From Gallionella sp. (GTDB lineage: Bacteria > Pseudomonadota > Gammaproteobacteria > Burkholderiales > Gallionellaceae): a DNA stretch of 64,000 nucleotides. This document shows positions 47,721 to 55,785 of the stretch, piece after piece (within the stretch, counting starts at the first letter, position 1; the number at the start of each line of letters is the position of its first letter). The notes under the pieces were generated by a model. It was not told where the DNA came from. It searched no databases and saw only the letters and a program-made list of their open reading frames with translations. The stretch covers positions 13,338 through 77,337 of the forward strand of contig JBAZVL010000009.1 of NCBI GenBank assembly GCA_041660905.1. The letters are read 5' to 3'. Both the position numbers and the translations under genes were made by a program.

Positions 47721-49072
47721 GGGGGTTCTCCATTTTTTATTAATATATTCAACGTCTTATTGATATTTCGGGGGGTGGGGTCGCGTGTCAGCTCGATCCA
47801 GAATTCGCTGCCCACCCCGACTGTGCTTTTCACACCGATGCTGCCGCTCATCAGTTCTATGAGTTTCTTGGAAAATACCAAGCCGATGCCGGTGCCCTCC
47901 GTGGCGCTGTGTTCAAAGCCCAGACGGTTGAATGGCTGAAAAAGCTGGGCTATCTTCTCCTCCGGCAGTCCTTCGCCGCTGTCTTTGATGCCGATGCGGA
48001 TGTGTTCAATACCCGCCGTACATTCGACGACGATCTTGCCATTTTCACGGTTGTACTTGATGGCATTGTTAAGCAGGTTAATCAGCACCTGCTTTAAGCG
48101 GATGCGATCTGCATTGACCAGCCAGCTTTTATCGAAAGGGATAAATTCCAAATGGATGCCGTGTTGCTGCGCCTGCAAATCGATCAGGGTCTGGCATTCC
48201 AGCATCACTTCAGTCAATAAAATCGACTCGAGTGAGAGTGAAAGCTTGCCGGACTCGATGGTTGCCATATCTAGCGTTTCATTAATTAATTCAAGAAGAT
48301 ACCAGCCCGCCTTGCTAATTTGTTTCAATCTGGAGCTCTGCACCGTGGTGGGGGCGGGCGAACCGGATTCTAGCAGCTGGCTAAAGCCTAAAATGGTATT
48401 GAGCGGAGTGCGCAACTCATGGCTCATATTGGACAAAAATTCTGATTTGGCACGATTGGCTTTTTCCGCGACCAGTTTAGCGTTCTCCAATCGAGTCTGG
48501 GTGATTTGCAGTTGTTCGGTGAGCATTTGCGCTTCAATATTGGCAATTACCAGTCGTTCATTCACTTGTTGCAACAAAATGCTGTGGCGTTCGTTTGCAT
48601 CCTGACTGATCTGGGTTGCATCCTGCCTGATTCCCGTTGCATCCTGACTGGTCTGAGTGGCTTCCTGCCTGATTTCCGTTGCATTCTGGCTGGACTGTGT
48701 CGCCTCCTGACTGATTCCCGTTGCATCCTGGCTGGACTGGGTCGCCTCCTGACTTATTCCCGTTGCATTCTGGCTGGACTGGGTCGCCTCTTGACTGATT
48801 CCCGTTGCATCCTGGCTGGACTGGGTCGCCTCCTGGCTGATTCCCGTTGCATTCTGGCTGGACTGGGTCGCCTCCTGGCTAATTCCCGTTGCATCCTGAC
48901 TGGTTTGGGTTGCATCCTGTCTGATTCCGGTTGCCGTCTGCCGCTCAGCAATTGTCGTGTGCATATTCTTTTCACGCAAGTTGGCTATGACGCTAACGGT
49001 CATTACTGAAACACCTTCGTGTTGGCTGACTAAATCAGGTTCAGTCAGGTCATTCTGATCAACAAGCAGCAT
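47717..49072 (-). CDS. Cytoplasmic histidine kinase with an N-terminal array of 16 heptapeptide repeats
   Basis: H-box SHELRTPLNTILGF and an HATPase (GTGIGLVFSKKLIELMSG). No TM segment is evident. Residues 47-158 are AT..SQ(D/E/N) repeats. It starts 18 nt after the KaiC-like stop. Confidence 0.85.
   Translation of the reverse strand: MLLVDQNDLTEPDLVSQHEGVSVMTVSVIANLREKNMHTTIAERQTATGIRQDATQTSQDATGISQEATQSSQNATGISQEATQSSQDATGISQEATQSSQNATGISQEATQSSQDATGISQEATQSSQNATEIRQEATQTSQDATGIRQDATQISQDANERHSILLQQVNERLVIANIEAQMLTEQLQITQTRLENAKLVAEKANRAKSEFLSNMSHELRTPLNTILGFSQLLESGSPAPTTVQSSRLKQISKAGWYLLELINETLDMATIESGKLSLSLESILLTEVMLECQTLIDLQAQQHGIHLEFIPFDKSWLVNADRIRLKQVLINLLNNAIKYNRENGKIVVECTAGIEHIRIGIKDSGEGLPEEKIAQLFQPFNRLGFEHSATEGTGIGLVFSKKLIELMSGSIGVKSTVGVGSEFWIELTRDPTPRNINKTLNILIKNGEPP
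48599..48934. repeat. Coding tandem repeat, 16 x 21 bp (effectively 8 x 42 bp) encoding ATGISQE/ATQSSQ(D/N)
   Basis: Read from the translation: ATGIRQD ATQTSQD (ATGISQE ATQSSQN/D)x5 ATEIRQE ATQTSQD ATGIRQD ATQISQD. The DNA repeat is visible from 48599. Confidence 0.9.
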
Positions 49073-49090
49073 CGGTATTCGCCTCGATTT

Positions 49091-50563
49091 TCACCGGTTT
49101 GGTATGGGGTTGAGCGTCGGGCTGCCAGACATCAGTCCGGTGTAGTCAGTCAGGGTGTCGCCTATCTCGATCCCATTGTGCTTGATGTCGTACAGGCGGA
49201 TGTCTTTGCTGTGCGAGCTACCGCGAACTTTAACCACGGAGAACACGCGCTTGAATTGACCTGAAATTTCTACATAGCGCTGGACGATAATGGCATCGGC
49301 TAGAAAGGCGCTGCCGAATTGACTGAAGCGCAAGTCGGTGTAACGGTCTTCCAGCTCCGAGGTCATCAGCACGCTCACCCCCAAACTGGTCAGTTGAGCC
49401 ACCATACGGTACAAGGAACCCCGGAAATCTTCACTGAATTCGGGGGCGAGGGCTAATTCGAAGCCGGAGAGCGAGTCGATCACCACGCGCGTCGCTTTCA
49501 TGCGGCTGATCATTTGAATCAGATCGTGCAGGGTTTCATCGATGGACAGATCCAGAGAACGGGTATCGATGACGCCCACGCTGCCCGAATTGACCATGGC
49601 CTGCAAGGTATTGCCCAGCAGCTGATTCGGGCTTTTCTCGAAGGCGGCAATTACACCGGTTTCGCCATTGCGTGCACCTTCGGCGAGAAATTCGGTCGCC
49701 ATCACCGTTTTCCCGGAACCCGAGGGTCCGACCACCAGCAAGGAATATCCGACCGGCAATCCGCCTCCCATCATCTCATCGAGGCCGGCAATCCCCATGG
49801 CAATGCGTCGTTCACCGGTTGTGGCGCTGGGCGTTGAGTCCGACTTAGGGGCAGAATCAATGATCGCACGCGGAAAGACCTGTAGCCCTTCATTGCTGAT
49901 GCGGAAGGTATGTAAACCGGGCACCTGAGCCTGTCCGCGCATTTTGACCACCTGCATCTTTCGCACCATCGAATTGCGCTGCAAGCTTTGTGACAGCCAC
50001 AAAATACCATCCGCTACGGTAAATACCGGGGTGGATTCGGCTTCCGGTGTCAGATATTCACCGATCAGAAAGGTGGTTGCCTGCCAGCTGGTCATTTGCA
50101 GTCCGAGTTGTTGCACAAATTTTTGCAGATCGGACGCGGTCTGGTCATTTTGTCTGGAGGCTTGCACCACGGAGCGAAAAGAATCGACAAATACCAGGCT
50201 TGGAGAATAATTCATCACTTCAGCACTGATGCGTGCCAGCACTTTGTCAAAATTGCCATCTATCAGTTCAGCCGAAAGATTGACGAAGCGCAGCGCTTGA
50301 TTCATTTTGTCGAAATTAAAGAAAGAAAACTGCTGCTGATAACGCAGCATTTTTAACGCAGGTTCGCCCAGCACGGTAAAAAACAGCGCGCGATGATCGG
50401 GCGTGGCCAGTGCAAACATGATCTGGTGAGCTAGGGTGGTTTTACCGCTCCCCGGCGTTCCTGCAATCAGGTTAAATGAGTATTCCGGCAAACCGCCCCC
50501 CAGCAGATCATCTAGGCCGGGTACGCCTGTTTTCAGGCGACGTATTTCTACCTTGTTACTCAT
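49091..50563 (-). CDS. kaiC: KaiC-like double RecA-domain ATPase
   Basis: Two KaiC/RecA-like halves, each with GLD..LGGGLP and a Walker A (GTPGSGKT; GPSGSGKT). The C-terminal block YVEISGQFKRVFSVVKVRGSSHSKDIRLYDI resembles KaiC YVEIRGEMSRAINVFKMRGSWHDK. Confidence 0.88.
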   Translation of the reverse strand: MSNKVEIRRLKTGVPGLDDLLGGGLPEYSFNLIAGTPGSGKTTLAHQIMFALATPDHRALFFTVLGEPALKMLRYQQQFSFFNFDKMNQALRFVNLSAELIDGNFDKVLARISAEVMNYSPSLVFVDSFRSVVQASRQNDQTASDLQKFVQQLGLQMTSWQATTFLIGEYLTPEAESTPVFTVADGILWLSQSLQRNSMVRKMQVVKMRGQAQVPGLHTFRISNEGLQVFPRAIIDSAPKSDSTPSATTGERRIAMGIAGLDEMMGGGLPVGYSLLVVGPSGSGKTVMATEFLAEGARNGETGVIAAFEKSPNQLLGNTLQAMVNSGSVGVIDTRSLDLSIDETLHDLIQMISRMKATRVVIDSLSGFELALAPEFSEDFRGSLYRMVAQLTSLGVSVLMTSELEDRYTDLRFSQFGSAFLADAIIVQRYVEISGQFKRVFSVVKVRGSSHSKDIRLYDIKHNGIEIGDTLTDYTGLMSGSPTLNPIPNR

Positions 50564-50978
50564 TATCTAATTCCTTGGTGGTGTGAGCCGGGGTGTTTAA
50601 TTTCCAGGCCGTACGTAAAATACTTAAGGTGAGCTGCACGCCGATCAACGATTTGAGGATGTTGGTAAACGTGGTCAGCAACAACCTGTTTGCGGCATGG
50701 ACTTGTTCTGGCGAATGCAATGCATAGGTTGCTTTCAGGTCGTGAAAGTAGGTCGGCGGCGGGTCGGAATTGATGCCGGACTCAAGCCAGGGGAAGCTGG
50801 CCTTTGAAAGCAGCAGACTCCGCGCGTAGAGCGAGGCGAAGCCTCCTTCACCGACGATCGAAATAATTTCTGTGGCCATTTGCTCCCATGCTTCAATCGG
50901 GTCAATAGCGATCGTCTCGGATTGCTGCCAGATGATGCTTTCAATCAGTTGCTGGCTAACGAGGTTGTCAGTTTTCAT
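50556..50978 (-). CDS. Hypothetical protein (140 aa) overlapping the start of the KaiC-like gene
   Basis: ATG 50978 (the ORF-track TTG is at 50990). There is an 8-nt overlap with the KaiC-like ATG. No family was recognised, and it is not KaiA- or KaiB-like by eye. Confidence 0.5.
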   Translation of the reverse strand: MKTDNLVSQQLIESIIWQQSETIAIDPIEAWEQMATEIISIVGEGGFASLYARSLLLSKASFPWLESGINSDPPPTYFHDLKATYALHSPEQVHAANRLLLTTFTNILKSLIGVQLTLSILRTAWKLNTPAHTTKELDNE

Positions 50979-51089
50979 ATAAAAAATCAAAAAGTGAGTC
51001 TGAATTTTGACAAGGGTGTAAACATCCGTCTTCGTGCCAGCACGCTATGTCAGGCAGCGTTATTTGGGCTGCATCGGGACAGTCTATAC

Positions 51090-51869
51090 TCAATCGTTGA
51101 CATGACTCGAACTATTATCATTCCAGCGAGTGACGGTTCTGTTTGTTGCGCTATCGCTGAGCAGACGACGGTATTCTTTTTTCACCACCTGATAACATTC
51201 GCAGGCATAGGACTCCAGATTGGTGCGATTGAGTATGGTGATGTGACCCCGGCGGTAACTGATCAGCCCCAATCGCTGTAAATTGCCGGCTGTTTCGGTG
51301 ATGCCTTCGCGGCGCACGCCCAGCATGCCTGCGATCAGTTCCTGCGTCATGGTCAGTTCGTTGCCGGGCAGGCGATCCAGCGTCTGCAATAACAAGCGAC
51401 ACAATTGCTGTTCAACCGAATGATGGCGATTGCACACCGCTGTTTGGGAAATATGAGAAATCAGTGCCTGAGTGTAGCGCAGCAGTACTCGCATCACTTG
51501 CCCTGCGCGATTGAACTCTTCCATGATCAATCTGGCCTGTATCCGGTAGCCATGCCCCCCCGAATAGACGGCGGCGCGACTGGTGGTGGAATTTTCTCCC
51601 ATAAAAAGCGAGATGCCATGCACCCCCTCGCGACCTATGCCGGCAATTTCGGCCATTGCGCCGTTTTCCATGATGTAATGCAAAGAGACGATTGCGCTGG
51701 TCGGAAAATAAACATAGTTCAATTTTCTGCCTGATTCATAAATGATTTCACCGAGCGGCATGGCAACCAGTTCCAGATGAGGATGAATGCGCTCGAATAC
51801 CTCCTGAGAGAATGAGGCGATCAGCTGATTTTGCCTGGGATCGTGCGGCGTGGGTAACAATGCGGCCAT
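51090..51869 (-). CDS. Crp/Fnr family transcriptional regulator
   Basis: A cNMP-binding beta-roll region plus a C-terminal HTH (MTQELIAGMLGVRREGITETAGNLQRLGLISYRRGHITI). Confidence 0.85.
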   Translation of the reverse strand: MAALLPTPHDPRQNQLIASFSQEVFERIHPHLELVAMPLGEIIYESGRKLNYVYFPTSAIVSLHYIMENGAMAEIAGIGREGVHGISLFMGENSTTSRAAVYSGGHGYRIQARLIMEEFNRAGQVMRVLLRYTQALISHISQTAVCNRHHSVEQQLCRLLLQTLDRLPGNELTMTQELIAGMLGVRREGITETAGNLQRLGLISYRRGHITILNRTNLESYACECYQVVKKEYRRLLSDSATNRTVTRWNDNSSSHVND

Positions 51870-52149
51870 GTTTTCGTCCGGTGAAGCTGCGATTGACGGA
51901 TGTCACAACAAATCAGGAAGCTAAAAGATCGTTTTCTGAATCGGTTTGCTACTTATAACACGATAAGCGGTGAGGTTATGCGTGCTGGCGCACATGGGGA
52001 CGGCTGTATCCGCAGCGGATTGTTGGGTCATCTCTGACCGTGCCGCCTTTATCCATGCGAGTGCATAATTTTTTTGTCCTGTCACACCGGCGTCTGACAG
52101 TCTTTCCTGACGGTTGGCGTGGAATGTATCTCTTAGCATGATGCGCTCC

Positions 52150-52563
52150 TTATTGATGGTTTTCATGTCTGTGATGCTTATTGCTGTCGTGACGGTCATG
52201 CTTGTCGTTTCTTTTCCGGTCGCGATGCTCTGCCTGATAGCGTGGTACATATTCACGCTGATACCAGTTTTCCTGCACGAAGTAGACTTGCTCATCGCAG
52301 GCGTTATAGTCTCTGCAATGACGTCGCCAGTTTCTTGCATGACCCGGTGGTACGCGCAGATAAACCGGTGCGCGATGTATGTCACTTCGTTCGATCATTC
52401 TCGGTTGACGATAAAGTAACTGCGGGGGAGGGTAGTCGCCCATATCGAGACGTCCGTAGAAACCCGGTTGGCCAATGCTCAGCGATACGCCAACATCGGC
52501 GGCTTGGGCCGGCGGGGATAGCGTGGCAACCAGCATGACGGCGCCGAATAATAAGTTTTCCAT
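52150..52563 (-). CDS. Secreted hypothetical protein with a His/Arg/Asp-rich tail
   Basis: ATG 52563 has the RBS GGGGAGAG. Signal peptide MENLLFGAVMLVATLSPPAQA. Conserved-looking PPGHARNWRRHCRDYNAC. The tail is HRDRKRNDKHDRHDSNKHHRHENHQ. Confidence 0.55.
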   Translation of the reverse strand: MENLLFGAVMLVATLSPPAQAADVGVSLSIGQPGFYGRLDMGDYPPPQLLYRQPRMIERSDIHRAPVYLRVPPGHARNWRRHCRDYNACDEQVYFVQENWYQREYVPRYQAEHRDRKRNDKHDRHDSNKHHRHENHQ

Positions 52564-52590
52564 GTTAACTCTCCCCGGTTGAGTCACAAT

Positions 52591-53274
52591 TTACTGGCTG
52601 CTCTGTCCTTTGAGGTTGAGCACGATGCGCCGGTTGGGTTGCAGACAGCGTATCAATTTCAGATTCATATGATGGGCACGACCTTTGATCTTGTCGCAGG
52701 CAACCACAGGTTCCGATTCGCCTTTGGCAACGGTGGTGATGCGTTTTTCATCGATTCCCTGTGCAACCAGATAGCCAGCCACTGCATCGGCACGGCGTTG
52801 GGAGAGCGCCAGGTTGTATTCTTCGCTGCCGATGCGGTCGGCGTGACCGGTTATTTTCACTTCGCCGTCATTGGGATATTTCTTCATCATGCCGATGATC
52901 CCGTCATTGATTTGCTGTTTGCCCTCGGCGCTGATTTCGGCTTTGTTATAGGCAAACAGCGTTTCAGTTTGCAGTGTGTAAGGCGTATAAACCACGCGCC
53001 TGACTGTAACGGGCAGGCTAGGCGCGGCGATAGGCGGCGTCGAATCCACCTCCGCCACCGGTACTGCTTTTTTAACCGGCGTCCCCTCGCATTCAGCGAT
53101 CGCCATGGCCGGTGTCCAGTAACCGGTGTGTATGCACAAGCCGGCAGGAGTCCTGACTAACGCACCCCGGCTGTCCAGCAGATAACCTGCACGGTTAGTG
53201 TCGTCCGCCATCGCTGTGTTGCACAAGATGGTGAGTGCAAGGGCATTCAATAATAATTTTTTTGAGGTTTTCAT
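52591..53274 (-). CDS. OmpA-family peptidoglycan-associated protein
   Basis: A signal peptide and a C-terminal OmpA_C domain (ITGHADRIGSEEYNLALSQRRADAVAGYL). Confidence 0.85.
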   Translation of the reverse strand: MKTSKKLLLNALALTILCNTAMADDTNRAGYLLDSRGALVRTPAGLCIHTGYWTPAMAIAECEGTPVKKAVPVAEVDSTPPIAAPSLPVTVRRVVYTPYTLQTETLFAYNKAEISAEGKQQINDGIIGMMKKYPNDGEVKITGHADRIGSEEYNLALSQRRADAVAGYLVAQGIDEKRITTVAKGESEPVVACDKIKGRAHHMNLKLIRCLQPNRRIVLNLKGQSSQ

Positions 53275-53656
53275 GATGTTGGCAGACTCAGATTAGATGG
53301 CCGAGTGTCACGGTTTCAAAACTGTTCTGCTGTGCGCTGCCGCACATAGGCGCATGAATTAACGCAAATGTTTGTAGTTGGTTGGAAGCTAGCTCTTATA
53401 ACTTTCATCCTGATCACTGTCCGGTTTAAGACAATCGATCTTTATGCCTAAACTCGCCAACCTACAGGCTGATGGTAAATCGTTTTTTCTATGTGCTTTA
53501 GCGCACAGAGTCGCGACCTCAAAAGCCGGATAAAGAGAGTAGGGCTGGAATCTTGCGCAGTATCGGTTGATTCACCTTTAACGGCCTGACCTGATTGAGA
53601 TTCACGGTAACTAGCGGATCGGACCGGTTCTTTTTAAACAAAATGCGGAGAATAAA

Positions 53657-55597
53657 ATGAAAAAGCTTGAATGGTTGAGCAGACCGGTACAGTGGTTGAT
53701 AGCCTCGTTGCTGTTTGGATTAGTCGCATTATTTGCAGGATGCGGCGGAAGTGGTGCATCTGGTGTGTCAGCCCCCGCGCCGGGCAGTAGTTTGGGCGTA
53801 ACAGCTCCAAGTCCCACCGTGGTCGCTGTGGTCCCGCTCGCTGATGCAACAGGTGTGCCAGTCAATATCAAAAAGATAACGGCTGCTTTCAGCAACACGA
53901 TGGATTCTGTCACGTTGACCTCAGCGAATTTCACTCTGTCTTGTCCGGCTGCACCGGTTGCCGGTGGCGTTGTCAGTTATCTGGCGGCGGGTAATGTCGC
54001 AACATTATCGCTACCCGTAGCCAATCTTCCAGCGTCGACGCAATGCACGGTAACCGTGACCACCGGGGTGCGCGATGCAAGCGGTGTCGCGCTGGCGGGT
54101 AACTATGTGTGGAAATTTACTACCGGAATTGCGGCAGACACAGCGCCGCCGAGCGTCGCTTTGACGGTTCCCGTTGACGGTGTGACTGGTGTCGCAACCA
54201 ACACCATGGTGTCAGCTTCTTTTAGTGAAAACATGGATCCGGCGAGTATCACGGCAACCAGCTTCACGGTAGCAAACACGACAGCAGGGGGCGGGGCGGT
54301 AGTAGGGGCGGTCACCTATCTGCTGGGCTCTAAAGTCGCGACCTTTACGCCGGCAGCAACGTTGCCTGCCAGCAGTTTATATACGGTGACGATAAGCACG
54401 ACAGTCGCAGATTTGGCCGGAAACCTGATGGCGGCCAACAAGGTGTGGACTTTTACCACGGGGGCGGCTGCGGTAACCAGTGTTTTTCCGGGAGTGGCCG
54501 GAACGCCGGGCGCTTCTACCACTGATCCTACCGTAAACTCGGCTAACCCGAGCAATGGTGCGATCAACGTGGCGACCAGTACCAATCAATGGACGGGTTC
54601 GGCTAATGTGGTGACGGGTAAGCTGCTGACCGCAAACTTCAGCCAGACGATGAACCCGGCAACCATCACAACCCCGGGTGTTTTTACGCTCAAGGAAACG
54701 GTCGCCGGTACTAATGTGCCCGGTAGTGTGGTCATCAATGCCACGAATACTGCCGCGACCTTTACACCGACTGTCGCCGCTCTGATGCCGAATACATTTT
54801 ATACCGTCACTGTTTCGACTGCGGCGCTGAACGCGGGCGGCATGGCCATGGCGAATGCGGTGGTATGGGGGTTCAAAACCAACGGGGTGGCGTTAACTGA
54901 ACAAGCGCCCGTTGAACTTGGCAGCGCTGGAAATTACACGATTTTCGCACTTACCGGGATTGCCAATGCCACCACGCCGGCGGTCATTGCCGGAGACATG
55001 GGGGTGGGGCCTGGCGTGACATCTACGGCGATCACCGGTCCCTGGGCGTTAACCTTGCCCGCCGCAAGTGCATTTTCCACGTCGGCGCAAGTCAGCGGAA
55101 AAGTCTATGCTTTTGATTATGCCAACCCCACTCCGGCTTATGTAACGACAGCCGCTGCGGACATGAATGCCGCCTACAACGATGCTTTTGGCCGGACTGC
55201 CGCTGTCGGTGCTGCGTTCTTGAATGTCGGCGGCGGATCGCTGAGCGGATTAACGTTGCCGCCCGGAACTTACACCTGGGGTAGCGCCGTTACCTTGCCA
55301 TTTGGCACTAACCTCACGCTGGCAGGTGGCCCTGATGATGTCTGGATTTTCCAGATTAGCGGAACACTGACCACCGCCGCGAATACCAATGTATTTCTCA
55401 GTGGCGGCGCGCGCGCCAAAAATGTGTTCTGGCAGACGTCAGGTGCCGTAACGCTGGGCGCTACCGCACACATTGAAGGGGTGGTGCTGTCTAAGACTGC
55501 GATAAATTTTGGCAATCAGGCGACGGCGAACAGCCGGTTGCTGGCGCAAACCGCCGTCAATCTTGATCAGAATGCCGTCGCACAACCCGTTCCGTAA
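53657..55597 (+). CDS. Lipoprotein with three Ig-like (SbsA/Big_5-type) domains and a C-terminal DUF3494 ice-binding-like beta-solenoid domain
   Basis: Lipobox LFAGC. Repeated P..GATGV..N..I.A.FS..MD modules. C-terminal LGSAGNYTIFALTGI..., LPPGTYTWGSAV, DVWIFQISGTLTTAANTNV, AKNVFWQTSGAVTLGATAHIEGVVLSKTAI and SRLLAQTAVNLDQN match the DUF3494 pattern. Confidence 0.8.
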   Translation: MKKLEWLSRPVQWLIASLLFGLVALFAGCGGSGASGVSAPAPGSSLGVTAPSPTVVAVVPLADATGVPVNIKKITAAFSNTMDSVTLTSANFTLSCPAAPVAGGVVSYLAAGNVATLSLPVANLPASTQCTVTVTTGVRDASGVALAGNYVWKFTTGIAADTAPPSVALTVPVDGVTGVATNTMVSASFSENMDPASITATSFTVANTTAGGGAVVGAVTYLLGSKVATFTPAATLPASSLYTVTISTTVADLAGNLMAANKVWTFTTGAAAVTSVFPGVAGTPGASTTDPTVNSANPSNGAINVATSTNQWTGSANVVTGKLLTANFSQTMNPATITTPGVFTLKETVAGTNVPGSVVINATNTAATFTPTVAALMPNTFYTVTVSTAALNAGGMAMANAVVWGFKTNGVALTEQAPVELGSAGNYTIFALTGIANATTPAVIAGDMGVGPGVTSTAITGPWALTLPAASAFSTSAQVSGKVYAFDYANPTPAYVTTAAADMNAAYNDAFGRTAAVGAAFLNVGGGSLSGLTLPPGTYTWGSAVTLPFGTNLTLAGGPDDVWIFQISGTLTTAANTNVFLSGGARAKNVFWQTSGAVTLGATAHIEGVVLSKTAINFGNQATANSRLLAQTAVNLDQNAVAQPVP

Positions 55598-55627
55598 GTC
55601 TTGAGCTAGTAAGCTATCATGCGGTGT

Positions 55628-55659
55628 AAACAGGAAGACTCTGGTGAGTTTTCCTGTTT
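55628..55659 (+). terminator. Stem-loop AAACAGGAA-N14-TTCCTGTTT after the ice-binding-like gene
   Basis: A 9-bp perfect stem 30 nt after the stop, followed by a partly T-rich stretch. Confidence 0.4.
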
Positions 55660-55754
55660 CCTTGTGAACACGACAGTTAGGTCTTTAATCGCAGGTCAGG
55701 GGGATGGTTGATGAAGCCGACGTGAGTGGTGATGGAGGCGAGGTAAAACCATGC

Positions 55755-55776
55755 AGGGGGTGTAAATACACCCCCT
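55755..55776 (-). terminator. Stem-loop AGGGGGTGT-ATTT-ACACCCCCT followed by GCATGGTTTT (minus sense), after the thiolase gene
   Basis: A 9-bp GC-rich stem with a tetraloop 10 nt after the thiolase stop. A U-run follows 6 nt downstream. Confidence 0.5.
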
Positions 55777-55785
55777 TGCTCAATA

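Noticed and set aside
48506-49009. Regular short repeats that could be mistaken for a CRISPR array, and ORFs 48506-49009(+) and 48754-48975(-)
   Set aside because: The repeats are contiguous 21/42-bp units with no unique spacers, and they sit in frame within a histidine kinase gene. The two ORFs are alternative-frame or antisense readings of that coding repeat.
49091-50990. KaiB or KaiA gene next to the KaiC-like gene
   Set aside because: The only adjacent small ORF (140 aa) shows none of the KaiB thioredoxin-like or KaiA sequence features I know. No clock partner is therefore claimed.
52079-52100. Hairpin CTGTCA-N10-TGACAG with an adjacent T7 run, as a terminator for the 52150-52563 gene
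   Set aside because: The T-run lies on the wrong side of the stem for either transcription direction to give a hairpin followed by a U-tract.
51921-52419. ORFs 51921-52385(-) and 52114-52419(+)
   Set aside because: They overlap the better-supported secreted-protein gene 52150-52563 (RBS plus signal peptide) or lie in noncoding DNA. No motif or RBS supports them.
53611-53934. 107-aa minus-strand ORF overlapping the start of the ice-binding-like gene
   Set aside because: It is antisense to a well-supported lipoprotein gene that has a strong RBS and lipobox. Its composition mirrors the Ala/Thr/Gly-rich sense strand.
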